From the NCBI GenBank assembly GCA_030616605.1, contig JAUWWY010000001.1, positions 4,251 through 68,250 on the forward strand: 64,000 nt of DNA, read 5' to 3'. This stretch comes from a bacterium (GTDB taxonomy: Bacteria > Patescibacteriota > Minisyncoccia > Minisyncoccales > CG1-02-41-26). Shown piece by piece: positions 15,977-25,026 of the stretch; the first letter of the stretch is position 1, and every line of letters begins with the position of its first letter. Made by a program: the position numbers and the translations under genes. The notes under the pieces are model-generated. The model worked only from the letters and a program-made list of their open reading frames with translations. It was not told the DNA's origin and searched no databases.

Positions 15977-16807
15977 ATGAGAAAAATATTTTTAGGAATT
16001 TTAGTAATAGTCGTAAGTTTAGCCCTTTCTGGAGTAGCTACAGCAATGCTTATTCCGGCAGCTGAGCAGGCAAGAGATAAAGCACCATTAACACCACCTG
16101 GTCTAGAAAAGGTTGTTTTTATTCACTATGAGAAAGGACATGGAAGAATTTGTGACAATGACGGAGTTTGCGAACCAGAGATTGGAGAAAATCCAAGTTG
16201 TGCAGATTGTAAAAAGGATAAAGAAGAGCCAGGCGATCCAGATACAAGTTCTTGCTACGCCTTTTTGGGAAGAGGGGTTGAATGGAAAGAGTTGCCAGTG
16301 AATTATTTCATTGACCCGGACAATCAAGACGGGTTAACAGAAGAGTTTGTGATTAGTGCAATTTCAGCTGGAGCAGAAGAATGGGATAATCACACAAGTG
16401 CCGACCTTTTTGGAACTTATACAGTAGACTATAATTCAAGTTGGGATAATGATGCTCCTGATAATAGAAATGAATTAGTATTTGGAGATTATCCACAGGA
16501 CGGAGTAATCGCAGTAGCGATAATTTGGGGATATTTCGGAGGAAGGCCAAGTGCAAGAGAAATCGTTGAATTTGATGTCTTATTTGATACAGACTTTACT
16601 TGGGGAGATGCAAATATTGACGAAACAGTAATGGATCTCCAGAATATTGCCACCCATGAAATTGGTCACGGTGCTGGTTTAGGTGATTTATACGATACAG
16701 TTTGCGCTGAAGAAACAATGTATGGTTACTCTAATTACGGAGATATAAAGAAGAGAGATTTAAATGTCGGTGATATCGTAGGTATTCAGACATTATACGG
16801 AAACTAA
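15977..16807 (+). CDS. Secreted zinc metalloprotease (metzincin; matrixin/snapalysin-like)
   Basis: It has a signal peptide, HEIGHGAGLGD (HExxHxxGxxD) and a downstream Met-turn candidate ETMYGY. Confidence 0.8.
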   Translation: MRKIFLGILVIVVSLALSGVATAMLIPAAEQARDKAPLTPPGLEKVVFIHYEKGHGRICDNDGVCEPEIGENPSCADCKKDKEEPGDPDTSSCYAFLGRGVEWKELPVNYFIDPDNQDGLTEEFVISAISAGAEEWDNHTSADLFGTYTVDYNSSWDNDAPDNRNELVFGDYPQDGVIAVAIIWGYFGGRPSAREIVEFDVLFDTDFTWGDANIDETVMDLQNIATHEIGHGAGLGDLYDTVCAEETMYGYSNYGDIKKRDLNVGDIVGIQTLYGN

Positions 16808-16835
16808 TTATTCAAGTATTAAAAGATAACTAATA

Positions 16836-16870
16836 ACAAAATCTCTTAATTTTGAGAGATTTTGTTGTTT
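16836..16870 (+). terminator. Intrinsic terminator of the metzincin gene
   Basis: A 10-bp stem acaaaatctc/gagattttgt is followed by a T-rich tail. Confidence 0.65.
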
Positions 16871-16875
16871 AAGAG

Positions 16876-16915
16876 TTGACAAAGCAAAATATTGGGTGTA
16901 TATTTGGGTGTATAT
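16876..16915 (+). promoter_or_regulatory. Promoter of the RRM-protein gene with duplicated -10 region
   Basis: TTGACA (16876-16881), 17 nt, TATATT (16899-16904). The 12-mer ttgggtgtatat is tandemly duplicated (16892-16903, 16904-16915). Confidence 0.6.
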
Positions 16916-17047
16916 TTAAGAAATGTCGCGCTCACTAAATTACGTAGTAGAAGTTTTTTCTGCAAAGTAAGTCTTACTAAGTTTTTAGTAGTAAAAAAGT
17001 CGGGGGTGAGTCGTTAAATTAAATTAAATAAATCTTAAGAGAAAAAA

Positions 17048-17302
17048 ATGGAAAAGAAACTTTATATCGGAAGTCTGTCTTATGATACAACTGAAGACAG
17101 TCTCCGTGATTTTTTCTCCAAAGCTGGTGAAGTAGTTTCAGTAGCTATCATCATAGACAGAGTTTCCGGCAGGTCAAAAGGATTTGGTTTTGTAGAAATG
17201 GCTACAGAAAAAGATGCCAAAAAAGCCAAAGATACCTTAGATGGAAAAGAATTAGATGGAAGAACTATTGTAGTTGATGAAGCTAAACCAATGAGGAGAT
17301 AA
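17048..17302 (+). CDS. RRM-type (RNP-1) glycine-poor RNA-binding protein
   Basis: RNP2 LYIGSL and RNP1 KGFGFVEM are present; the protein is 84 aa. Confidence 0.95.
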   Translation: MEKKLYIGSLSYDTTEDSLRDFFSKAGEVVSVAIIIDRVSGRSKGFGFVEMATEKDAKKAKDTLDGKELDGRTIVVDEAKPMRR

Positions 17303-17315
17303 AGACAACAGAAGG

Positions 17316-17350
17316 GACAGCCGCGTCTGACGCGGCTGTCTCTTTTGTTT
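17316..17350 (+). terminator. Intrinsic terminator
   Basis: A 10-bp GC-rich stem gacagccgcg/cgcggctgtc is followed by tcttttgtttt. Confidence 0.85.
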
Positions 17351-17385
17351 TAGGAAAAAATTTGGTATTCTGAGGAAAGGAAATA

Positions 17386-19053
17386 ATGACTAAAGATTAT
17401 TCAATCTTAATAGGGGGTCAAGCCGGACAGGGTTCTCGCTATGCTGGAATTATAATTGCTAAATTATTTTCAAGCTTTGGCTATAGAATTTTTATTTATA
17501 ATGATTATCCCTCATTAATTCGAGGGGGTCATAATTTTTCCCAGATTAGAGCCTCAGCTAAAAAGGTTCTGACCCACCGGGAAAAGATAGATTTTATTTT
17601 AGCTCTGGACGAAAATACTATTAAAAAACATCAGAAGAGCTTAGACAAAAACGGAATAGTTATTTACAACAAAGATAAAATTTCTGCTCCTGGTAAAAAA
17701 GGAAAAGATGCCAAAGGCATACCAATAACAACAATTGTTAAAAAAGCTGGTGGAATTCCAATAATGGAAAATGTTGCTCTTGTTGCCAGTTTTGCCAAAA
17801 TCATTGGAATTGACTGGAAAACTTTAGAAAAAGTTTTTAAAAAAGAATTTAAAAAATTAAAAGAATTAAATCTAAAAGTGGCAAAAGCGGCTTTTGAAAA
17901 CAGCCAAAATTTATTTAAACTCAAAAAATTAAACCAAAAACCCTTTCCTCTTCTAACTGGCAATGAAGCAGTGGCTCTGGGGGCAGTTAAAGCTGGCTTG
18001 GATTTTTATATTGCTTATCCCATGACTCCAACAACCGGCATCCTTCATTTTTTGGCTAAAAAGAAAAAAGATTTCAATTTAGCGGTCGCCCAGCCGGAAA
18101 ACGAGATAGCAGTTGTAAATATGGCTATTGGGGCTGCTTACAGTGGAGCAAGAACTATGGTTGGAACTTCTGGAGGAGGTTTTGCTTTAATGACAGAAGG
18201 TTTTAGTTTGGCTGCCCAGAGCGAAATTCCTTTGGTAATTGTTGAGGGTCAAAGACCGGCTCCAGGGACCGGAGTTCCCACTTATTCTGCTCAGGGTGAT
18301 TTACTTTTCAGCGTAGCCGCTGGACACGGTGATATTTTAAGATTTGTTATTGCTCCCGGAGATGCTGAAGAGGCATTTTATTGGGCCGGAAAAATTTTGA
18401 ATCTTTCCTGGAAATATCAAAACCCCTCAATTTTATTGATAGATAAAGAAATTTGTGAGAGTACATTTAGTTTTAATCAGGATGTTTTAGCCAAGGTTAA
18501 ATATGAAAAACCCTTGTTCTGGAATAAAAAGGGCAGCTATCAGAGATATAAAAATACAAAAGATGGAATTTCACCCCTTGCTTTTCCCGGTCAAAAAGGA
18601 GTAATTTCAAAAGCTTGCAGTTATGAACATGATGAATTCGGAATTACAGTAGAGGATGGAGAAAGTGTTGAAAAAATGCAGAACAAAAGATTAAGAAAAT
18701 TCAGAAAAATGGAAATGGAAGTAGAAAAATTAGAGGCAGTTAAAGTTTACGGCAAGAAAACAGCAAAAAAAGCAATTATTTGCTGGGGTTCAACAAAAGG
18801 ACCAGCCAAAGAAGCAGCAGAAAAATTAGGTATTAAAATGATTCAACTTGTTATTATTGAACCATTTCCAGAAAAGCAGTTTAAAAAAGCTCTCAAGGGA
18901 GTTGAGAAATTGATTTTAGTGGAGACAAATGCTTTTGGTCAATTGGGAAAGATTTTAGCTTCTCATGGACAAAAGCTTGATTATAAGATTTTAAAATACA
19001 ATGCCAGACCGTTTTTAGCCGAAGAAATAGAAAAAAAAGTAAAGAGTTTTTGA
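17386..19053 (+). CDS. 2-oxoacid:ferredoxin oxidoreductase, fused gamma-alpha subunit
   Basis: An N-terminal gamma-type domain (GGQAGQG) is fused to the alpha domain (TGNEAVALGA...AYPMTPTT). Confidence 0.9.
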   Translation: MTKDYSILIGGQAGQGSRYAGIIIAKLFSSFGYRIFIYNDYPSLIRGGHNFSQIRASAKKVLTHREKIDFILALDENTIKKHQKSLDKNGIVIYNKDKISAPGKKGKDAKGIPITTIVKKAGGIPIMENVALVASFAKIIGIDWKTLEKVFKKEFKKLKELNLKVAKAAFENSQNLFKLKKLNQKPFPLLTGNEAVALGAVKAGLDFYIAYPMTPTTGILHFLAKKKKDFNLAVAQPENEIAVVNMAIGAAYSGARTMVGTSGGGFALMTEGFSLAAQSEIPLVIVEGQRPAPGTGVPTYSAQGDLLFSVAAGHGDILRFVIAPGDAEEAFYWAGKILNLSWKYQNPSILLIDKEICESTFSFNQDVLAKVKYEKPLFWNKKGSYQRYKNTKDGISPLAFPGQKGVISKACSYEHDEFGITVEDGESVEKMQNKRLRKFRKMEMEVEKLEAVKVYGKKTAKKAIICWGSTKGPAKEAAEKLGIKMIQLVIIEPFPEKQFKKALKGVEKLILVETNAFGQLGKILASHGQKLDYKILKYNARPFLAEEIEKKVKSF

Positions 19054-19054
19054 T

Positions 19055-19894
19055 ATGGCTAAGAAAAATTTAAAATTAGATACTTATTCTCAAAATACCT
19101 GGTGTCCGGGATGTGGTAATTTCGGAATTTTAACTGCCTTTAAAGAGGTAATTGCTTCTTTAACAAAAAAGAAAATAGCTAAAGAGAACATAGTAATACT
19201 TAGTGGGATTGGCTGTCATGCAAAAATTGTTGACTATTTAAATCTGAATAGTTTTTATTCCCTCCATGGCAGACCTATTGCTACGGCTCAGGGAATAAAG
19301 CTAGGAAATCCAAATCTTAAGGTTATAGTATTTGCCGGCGATGGCGATACTTATGATGAGGGAATTTCCCATTTAATTCACGCCGCTAAAAGAAACATTG
19401 ATATTACTGTTTTAATTCATAACAATAGGAATTTTGCCTTAACTACCGGTCAATTTACTCCTACTTCTCCCAAGGGTTTTAAAGGGGGGTCTACTCCTGA
19501 AGGAAGTATTGAAGAGCCAATAAATCCTTTGAAATTAATGTTGGCTTCCAATGCGACCTTTATAGCCAGGGGTTATTCTCTAAAACCAGCTCATCTTAAA
19601 AAATTGATTATAGAAGGGATTGAACACAAGGGTTTTTCTTTTATTGATATTCTCCAGCCCTGTGTTTCATTTTTTGATACTTCTAAGCTTTATAACAAAA
19701 AAGTTTATGAGCTCAAAGCTCAGAATCTATTTTCGGAAAAACAAGCTTTAAAAAAAATTGAGCAATGGGAATACAAAAAAAACAACTCTAAGATTCCTAT
19801 TGGCATTTTTTATAAAATCCAAAAGTCGGCTTTTGAAAAACAATTACTCGGCAATTTGATTCCTTCTAAAAGAAAAAAACTTGACAGCGTATGA
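19055..19894 (+). CDS. 2-oxoacid:ferredoxin oxidoreductase, beta (TPP-binding) subunit
   Basis: WCPGCGNFGIL and the GDGD TPP motif are present, and it is tightly coupled to the alpha gene. Confidence 0.9.
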   Translation: MAKKNLKLDTYSQNTWCPGCGNFGILTAFKEVIASLTKKKIAKENIVILSGIGCHAKIVDYLNLNSFYSLHGRPIATAQGIKLGNPNLKVIVFAGDGDTYDEGISHLIHAAKRNIDITVLIHNNRNFALTTGQFTPTSPKGFKGGSTPEGSIEEPINPLKLMLASNATFIARGYSLKPAHLKKLIIEGIEHKGFSFIDILQPCVSFFDTSKLYNKKVYELKAQNLFSEKQALKKIEQWEYKKNNSKIPIGIFYKIQKSAFEKQLLGNLIPSKRKKLDSV

Positions 19895-20457
19895 ATAAGA
19901 TATATTTTACAGATAAAATTCTGGCTGCTACGATTTTAAAATTATTTCCTGCCAGTATAACCCCAAACCAGATAACTATTTTTAGGTTTTTAACTATTCC
20001 TTTTCTAATTTGGTTTTTATATGTTGAGAAATATATTATTGCTGTTCCTCTTTTTATTATTTCAGCATTTTCAGATGCTTTAGATGGAGCTTTGGCTCGA
20101 ACTAAAAATAAGATTACTAATTGGGGAAAAATTTACGACCCTTTAGCTGACAAATTATTGATAATTACAACAGCTATTATTATTGTTCCAAAATATCTAA
20201 ATCCAATTTTAGTTGTCCTTATTGTCTTTTTTGAAGTTTTAATTGTTAGTAGTGTTTATTATAGAGAGAAATTTAAAAACATCACTATTCAAGTTACCTT
20301 TATAGCAAAAATGAAGATGCTTTTTCAGTCTCTGGGATTGACATGCCTTTTATTGGTCGGAATCTTTTCTCTACCTTTTTTAATTACTATCTCAGAATTC
20401 TTTTTATACGTTTCAATTGTTTTCGCCTTTGTTAGTTTCCTAAATTATAGTTTGTAA
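19891..20457 (+). CDS. CDP-alcohol phosphatidyltransferase family protein
   Basis: It has the motif D-A-L-D-G-A-L-A-R-x8-G-x3-D-P-L-A-D and multiple TM helices. Confidence 0.85.
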   Translation: MNKIYFTDKILAATILKLFPASITPNQITIFRFLTIPFLIWFLYVEKYIIAVPLFIISAFSDALDGALARTKNKITNWGKIYDPLADKLLIITTAIIIVPKYLNPILVVLIVFFEVLIVSSVYYREKFKNITIQVTFIAKMKMLFQSLGLTCLLLVGIFSLPFLITISEFFLYVSIVFAFVSFLNYSL

Positions 20458-20475
20458 ATAATATTCCACAGCAAG

Positions 20476-20511
20476 AATTTTGATTATAATTTTGATTATA
20501 GTTTTGATGAT
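20476..20511. repeat. Three tandem 12-bp units (aattttgattat) upstream of nrdD
   Basis: Units lie at 20476-20487, 20488-20499 and 20500-20511 (the third is degenerate), 22 nt before the nrdD ATG. Confidence 0.7.
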
Positions 20512-20533
20512 GATAGAATGAGATAATAATTTT

Positions 20534-22648
20534 ATGGAAAAATTTAAAATTGAAAAAATTAGAAAAAGAGATGGCAGTATCGTTGAGTTTGAAAAAGGAA
20601 AAATTACTAATGCCATATTTAAAGCCTTAACTGCCGCAAATCAGGGAGATGGCAAGAAAGCAAAGAAACTTTCTGATAGAGTAATTAAACTTTTAGTTCG
20701 GAGATTTAAGAAAGATGAAATTTTAACAATAGAACAAGTTCAGGATATTGTTGAAGAAGTTTTAATTTTAGAGGATTTGGTCGAAGCGGCCAAATCCTTT
20801 ATTTTATATAGAGAGCAAAGGAGAAAAATCAGAGAAATGGTAAAGTTTAGCGAAGAGGCTGTGGATAGAATTGATCAATATTTAGGAAAATTGGATTGGG
20901 AAGTTCGAGAAAATGCTAATATGGGTTTTTCTTTACAAGGATTAAACCGCTATGGGGTTTCTTATATTGTTAAAAAATATTGGCTTAATAAAATTTATTC
21001 CAAGGAAATTAGGGAGGCAAACAGCTCTGGAGATTTTCATCTTCATAATTTAGATACATTGGGACCTTATTGCGTTGGCTGGGACCTTTATGATCTTTTA
21101 GTAAAAGGATTTGGCGGCGTTCAAGGAAAAATAGAATCAAAGCCAGCCAAACATTTCAGAACAGCTTTAGGTCAGGTAATTAATTTCCTGTTTACCATTC
21201 AGGGCGAGGTAGCCGGGGCGATTGCCTTTTCAAACTTTGACACATTACTTGCTCCTTTTATTAGATACGATAGTTTGAATTATGACCAGGTAAAGCAATC
21301 TCTCCAGGAGTTTTTATTTAATATGGCTATTCCCACCCGGGTCGGTTTCCAATGTCCTTTTTCTAATATTACTTTAGACCTTAAACCCTCGCCGGCATTT
21401 GCAAAACAACCGGTAATTATTGGCGGTCAACCTCAAAAAGAAACCTATGCTGAGTTTGAAGAGGAAATGAAAATTTTTAATAAAGCTTTTTACGAAGTGA
21501 TGCTTGAGGGAGACAAAAGTGGCAGACCTTTTCATTTTCCTATTCCGACTATTAACATTACCAAGGATTTTCCCTGGGATGAGCCGGCTTTTAATCCGAT
21601 TTTTGAGGCTTCAGCGAAATACGGAACAAATTATTTTGCCAATTATATAAATTCTGAGATGAAACCAGAAGATGTTAGGAGTATGTGCTGTCGATTGAGG
21701 CTTGACTTAAACGAACTTTACAATCGGGGTGGGGGAGGATTGTTCGGTTCTGGGTCGCTGACCGGCAGTATCGGAGTGGTAACGATAAATATGTCCCGAA
21801 TTGGTTATTTATCAAAAACCAAAAAAGACTTTTTTAGGAGATTGGCTGGAATAATGGATTTGGCAAAAGAATCTTTGGAAATTAAAAGAAAAACCATAGA
21901 GAATTTTATTGAAAAAGGATTATATCCTTATTCAAATTTTTGTTTATCGGGAATTAAAAAAGCAAGGGGTAGCTATTATTCTAATCATTTTTCAACTATT
22001 GGCTTGGTAGGAATGAATGAATGTTTACTGAATTTTATAGAAGAGAATATGGGCTCAGAAAAAGGAAGAAGGTTTGCCCTGGAAATTATGGACTTTATGA
22101 GAGAGAAATTGGTTAAGTATCAGGAAGGAACAGGCAATTTATATAATTTAGAAGCAACGCCGGCTGAAGCGACCGCCTATCGCCTTGCCTTAAAAGACAA
22201 AGAAAAATATCCAGACATTATTAGTGCTGGGACAAAAGAGACGCCTTATTATACAAATTCAACAATGCTGCCGGTAAATTACACAGACGACGTTTTGAAA
22301 GCCTTGAAACTTCAGGATGATATCCAATGCAAGTATACTGGAGGTACTGTACTTCATCTCTTTTTAGGGGAACGGATTCCTGATACTGAAACAGTTAAAA
22401 GATTAATCAAGAAAATCTTTGGAAACTTTCATTTACCTTATATTACCCTTACTCCTACTTTTTCCATTTGTCCTACTCACGGCTATTTAGTAGGTGAGCA
22501 TTGGACTTGCCCTAAATGTACTATTGAGCAGCCCTGCGAGGTTTATTCACGGGTAGTCGGCTATTATCGTCCGGTTCAACACTACAATCTCGGAAAACAA
22601 GAGGAATTCAAACAAAGAGAAACGTTTAAAATTGCTCCAAAAGCATAA
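20534..22648 (+). CDS. nrdD: Anaerobic ribonucleoside-triphosphate reductase (class III)
   Basis: It has an N-terminal ATP-cone, a C-terminal Zn site CP..GY....WTCPKC and the glycyl-radical motif RVVGYYRP. Confidence 0.95.
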   Translation: MEKFKIEKIRKRDGSIVEFEKGKITNAIFKALTAANQGDGKKAKKLSDRVIKLLVRRFKKDEILTIEQVQDIVEEVLILEDLVEAAKSFILYREQRRKIREMVKFSEEAVDRIDQYLGKLDWEVRENANMGFSLQGLNRYGVSYIVKKYWLNKIYSKEIREANSSGDFHLHNLDTLGPYCVGWDLYDLLVKGFGGVQGKIESKPAKHFRTALGQVINFLFTIQGEVAGAIAFSNFDTLLAPFIRYDSLNYDQVKQSLQEFLFNMAIPTRVGFQCPFSNITLDLKPSPAFAKQPVIIGGQPQKETYAEFEEEMKIFNKAFYEVMLEGDKSGRPFHFPIPTINITKDFPWDEPAFNPIFEASAKYGTNYFANYINSEMKPEDVRSMCCRLRLDLNELYNRGGGGLFGSGSLTGSIGVVTINMSRIGYLSKTKKDFFRRLAGIMDLAKESLEIKRKTIENFIEKGLYPYSNFCLSGIKKARGSYYSNHFSTIGLVGMNECLLNFIEENMGSEKGRRFALEIMDFMREKLVKYQEGTGNLYNLEATPAEATAYRLALKDKEKYPDIISAGTKETPYYTNSTMLPVNYTDDVLKALKLQDDIQCKYTGGTVLHLFLGERIPDTETVKRLIKKIFGNFHLPYITLTPTFSICPTHGYLVGEHWTCPKCTIEQPCEVYSRVVGYYRPVQHYNLGKQEEFKQRETFKIAPKA

Positions 22649-22658
22649 TTCAAGAATA

Positions 22659-23339
22659 ATGCAAATTGGTGGTCTCCAAAAATTAACCCTGATTGATTTT
22701 CCGGGCAAAATATCTTGCACGGTTTTTTGTCTTGGTTGTAATTTTCGCTGTTGCTATTGTTATAATCCAGAGCTGGTTTTGCCGGAGAAAATAAAAAAAC
22801 AACCCCGAATTCCTGAAAAAGATTTTTTTGATTTTTTAAAAGAGAGAAAAAAAATTTTGGAAGGAGTTTGTATCGGAGGAGGGGAACCAACCATAAATGA
22901 AGATTTACCGAATTTTGCTTGGAAAATAAAAACAATGGGCTACTCAGTAAAGCTTGACACTAATGGTTCCAAACCAGAGATGTTAAAAAAAATAATTGAT
23001 AGAAACCTGGTTGATTATGTAGCTATGGATATAAAAGCTCCTCTGGAAAAGTATTCAGAAGTAGTCAATAGGAAAATAGAGATAAAAGACATTGAAGAAA
23101 GCGTTGAGTTCTTAAAGCAAGGCAAAGTCGACTGCGAGTTCAGAACCACTATGGTTCCCGGTCTCGTTGAAGAAAAGGATGTTATAAAAATAGCTCGCTG
23201 GCTTGGACCAATTCCTAAATATAATTTACAGAATTTTAGGGCTGGAAAAACTATTGACCCTAAATTTGAAAAAGTAAAACCCTATTCTGAAGAATACATT
23301 ACAAAAATCTATGAAAAAATACATTCATTACTTAGTTAA
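22659..23339 (+). CDS. nrdG: Anaerobic RNR activating radical-SAM protein
   Basis: It carries the CNFRCCYCYN (CxxxCxxC) cluster motif. I prefer the ATG at 22659, 10 nt after the nrdD stop, over the overlapping 22632 start. Confidence 0.9.
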   Translation: MQIGGLQKLTLIDFPGKISCTVFCLGCNFRCCYCYNPELVLPEKIKKQPRIPEKDFFDFLKERKKILEGVCIGGGEPTINEDLPNFAWKIKTMGYSVKLDTNGSKPEMLKKIIDRNLVDYVAMDIKAPLEKYSEVVNRKIEIKDIEESVEFLKQGKVDCEFRTTMVPGLVEEKDVIKIARWLGPIPKYNLQNFRAGKTIDPKFEKVKPYSEEYITKIYEKIHSLLS

Positions 23340-23450
23340 CAAAGGAAGAAAAATTAGAAACTGGGGGTTAGCAAGCAGGATTGAGCATCGGAGAATTAAA
23401 GGAAATCAAAAAAAGAAAAAACCAAAAAGAAAATAGACCAGATTGCAATT

Positions 23451-23482
23451 AAAAAGCGCCGTAGTTTTCTACGACGCTTTTA
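23451..23482. terminator. Bidirectional intrinsic terminator
   Basis: Stem agcgccgtag/ctacgacgct (1 mismatch) with a tttt loop is flanked by an A-run and a T-run, between convergent nrdG and the 23500-24207 gene. Confidence 0.75.
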
Positions 23483-23499
23483 TGATGTTGTGGCGAAAG

Positions 23500-24207
23500 C
23501 TATGGTTGCTCTCGTTGTTCAGTAAGCATTTGTTGCTCTGTTGCGGTTCTGATGTTGAGCTTGGTGTTGTTGAACGTGACGAGTTGCACCAGGGGTTCAT
23601 TTGTTTTAAAGTATCCGACCTTGACGACGTCCAAAGGTTGGGATATTGGAAGCTCGGGTGAGATGTCGCTCGTCGCGACAAACACCCGGTCTGGCATGTT
23701 CTTGGAGTAGAGATGGTAGAGCGTTTTTGTACCTACAACCTCAGTGCTCACGCGGGTGAGTTCCAGGACAGCTGTTTCAAAGTTAGCTTCGTTCGTCAAT
23801 GCTACTGAAAGTCCGTCTGGGGAAGCCAGTGCCTGGTCGTCTACGGTATTGATTATTTCGCGGCAGCCATCAGTATGGAACATAGAACTTTCAGCAATCA
23901 GCTTGATAAGCATTATTGCCAGGAAGATGGCGTATATCATTCTATCGCGTGTGAATCGTTTTTTGATTAAACCGAGAAAGAGAGAGTTGGCGAGACCGGA
24001 GACAAGAATCGTGATTACGATTATAGGACCTCCGAACAGACCATAGAGGAACGGTAAGATGGCATAACCTATAAGGAGTGCCACAATCAGGTTGGCTATG
24101 AATGCAACGATGATACCACGAATTGGTATCCGGCTATGCGGATCTCCGAAATAGAGATAAGGAACTGTTCCACCTACAGCTATTAGAAAAGCATACAGAA
24201 TAAACAT
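23500..24207 (-). CDS. Hypothetical membrane protein (4 N-terminal TM helices + ~120-aa soluble C-terminal domain)
   Basis: It is GC-rich relative to its flanks and has its own TTGACA-N17-TAAAAT promoter and AAGGAGGA SD on the minus strand. No recognised domain. Confidence 0.6.
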   Translation of the reverse strand: MFILYAFLIAVGGTVPYLYFGDPHSRIPIRGIIVAFIANLIVALLIGYAILPFLYGLFGGPIIVITILVSGLANSLFLGLIKKRFTRDRMIYAIFLAIMLIKLIAESSMFHTDGCREIINTVDDQALASPDGLSVALTNEANFETAVLELTRVSTEVVGTKTLYHLYSKNMPDRVFVATSDISPELPISQPLDVVKVGYFKTNEPLVQLVTFNNTKLNIRTATEQQMLTEQREQP

Positions 24208-24312
24208 CTGAAATCCTCCTTGTTTATGTTATTAAGGTTCTACATGAAATAATTTGTTTTACACAAGTTTGTTTATTTTAGAACACTTTACTTCTTTTGT
24301 CAACTTGTAAGT

Positions 24313-24343
24313 AAAAACCCGAGATATTGCGTCTCGGGTTTTT
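24313..24343. terminator. Intrinsic terminator after the 24361-24744 gene
   Basis: Stem acccgaga/tctcgggt is flanked by an A-run and a T-run. Confidence 0.8.
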
Positions 24344-24360
24344 AATTGAGTTTGTCAAAC

Positions 24361-24744
24361 CTAATCTTTGTCCATTAGGTCTTTTTGGATTTCAGAACAA
24401 GCTTCGCTGAGGAGTTCTTTAGTTCCCCTGACCAAAATGGCATAGTAGGAAGGTTCAGTTCGCGACTCAACCTTAACTGAAACCGAGAAGAACAGGTGGT
24501 CTGCCATTATCCGTGCTTCCTCGACTCTCAGACCCAAAAGGTAGGGTAAGACTCTACAGGAAATAGAGGACTCTGCCGGCCAATTGGCAGGATGGACTTG
24601 GACGTACTCGTTATCTTTGATTTCAAGTCTCAAACCAAGATTATGAGGTTTCCAACCTTCCACCCTAATCAGACAGGCCTCATCCAGGTGAGCTACAAAC
24701 TCACAGACAGCGTAAGTAAGCTTATCTATTGTTCTTTCATTCAT
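24361..24744 (-). CDS. Hypothetical 127-aa cytoplasmic protein
   Basis: It is GC-rich, with minus-strand TTGACA-N16-TATAAT and AAGGAGAA upstream. No recognised domain. Confidence 0.55.
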   Translation of the reverse strand: MNERTIDKLTYAVCEFVAHLDEACLIRVEGWKPHNLGLRLEIKDNEYVQVHPANWPAESSISCRVLPYLLGLRVEEARIMADHLFFSVSVKVESRTEPSYYAILVRGTKELLSEACSEIQKDLMDKD

Positions 24745-25026
24745 TTTTTTCTCCTTTTCCTTATTCTTTTTTTAACTTGAAATTCTGAAACTATTATAGC
24801 AGATTCTAAATATTTGTCAAATTTAAGAAAGACATTTACAAGGTCTCAAAAACCTGCCAAAATGAAAGTAGATATCCCAAAATGCCAATTTCCAAACAAA
24901 AAATTAAAGAAAACAAACAGGGGTTCTAAAATGAAACACAAAAATATACAAAAAATTAATCGCAATTTTATAATTGATAAAAAAGAATTTAATAAATTTT
25001 TAGATAAAATAAGCACAAAATAATTT

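Noticed and set aside
23443-24046. ORFs 23443-23661 (+), 23469-23681 (-) and 23744-24046 (+)
   Set aside because: They overlap the 235-aa membrane-protein gene or its terminator. The GC-rich segment keeps extra frames open. There are no start signals and no recognisable motifs.
24814-25023. 69-aa Lys-rich ORF just upstream of the methyltransferase, considered as an R-M controller (C) protein
   Set aside because: It has a TTG start, a low-complexity Lys/Asn-rich sequence and no helix-turn-helix pattern. An equally long antisense ORF covers the same DNA. It is more likely promoter/leader DNA.
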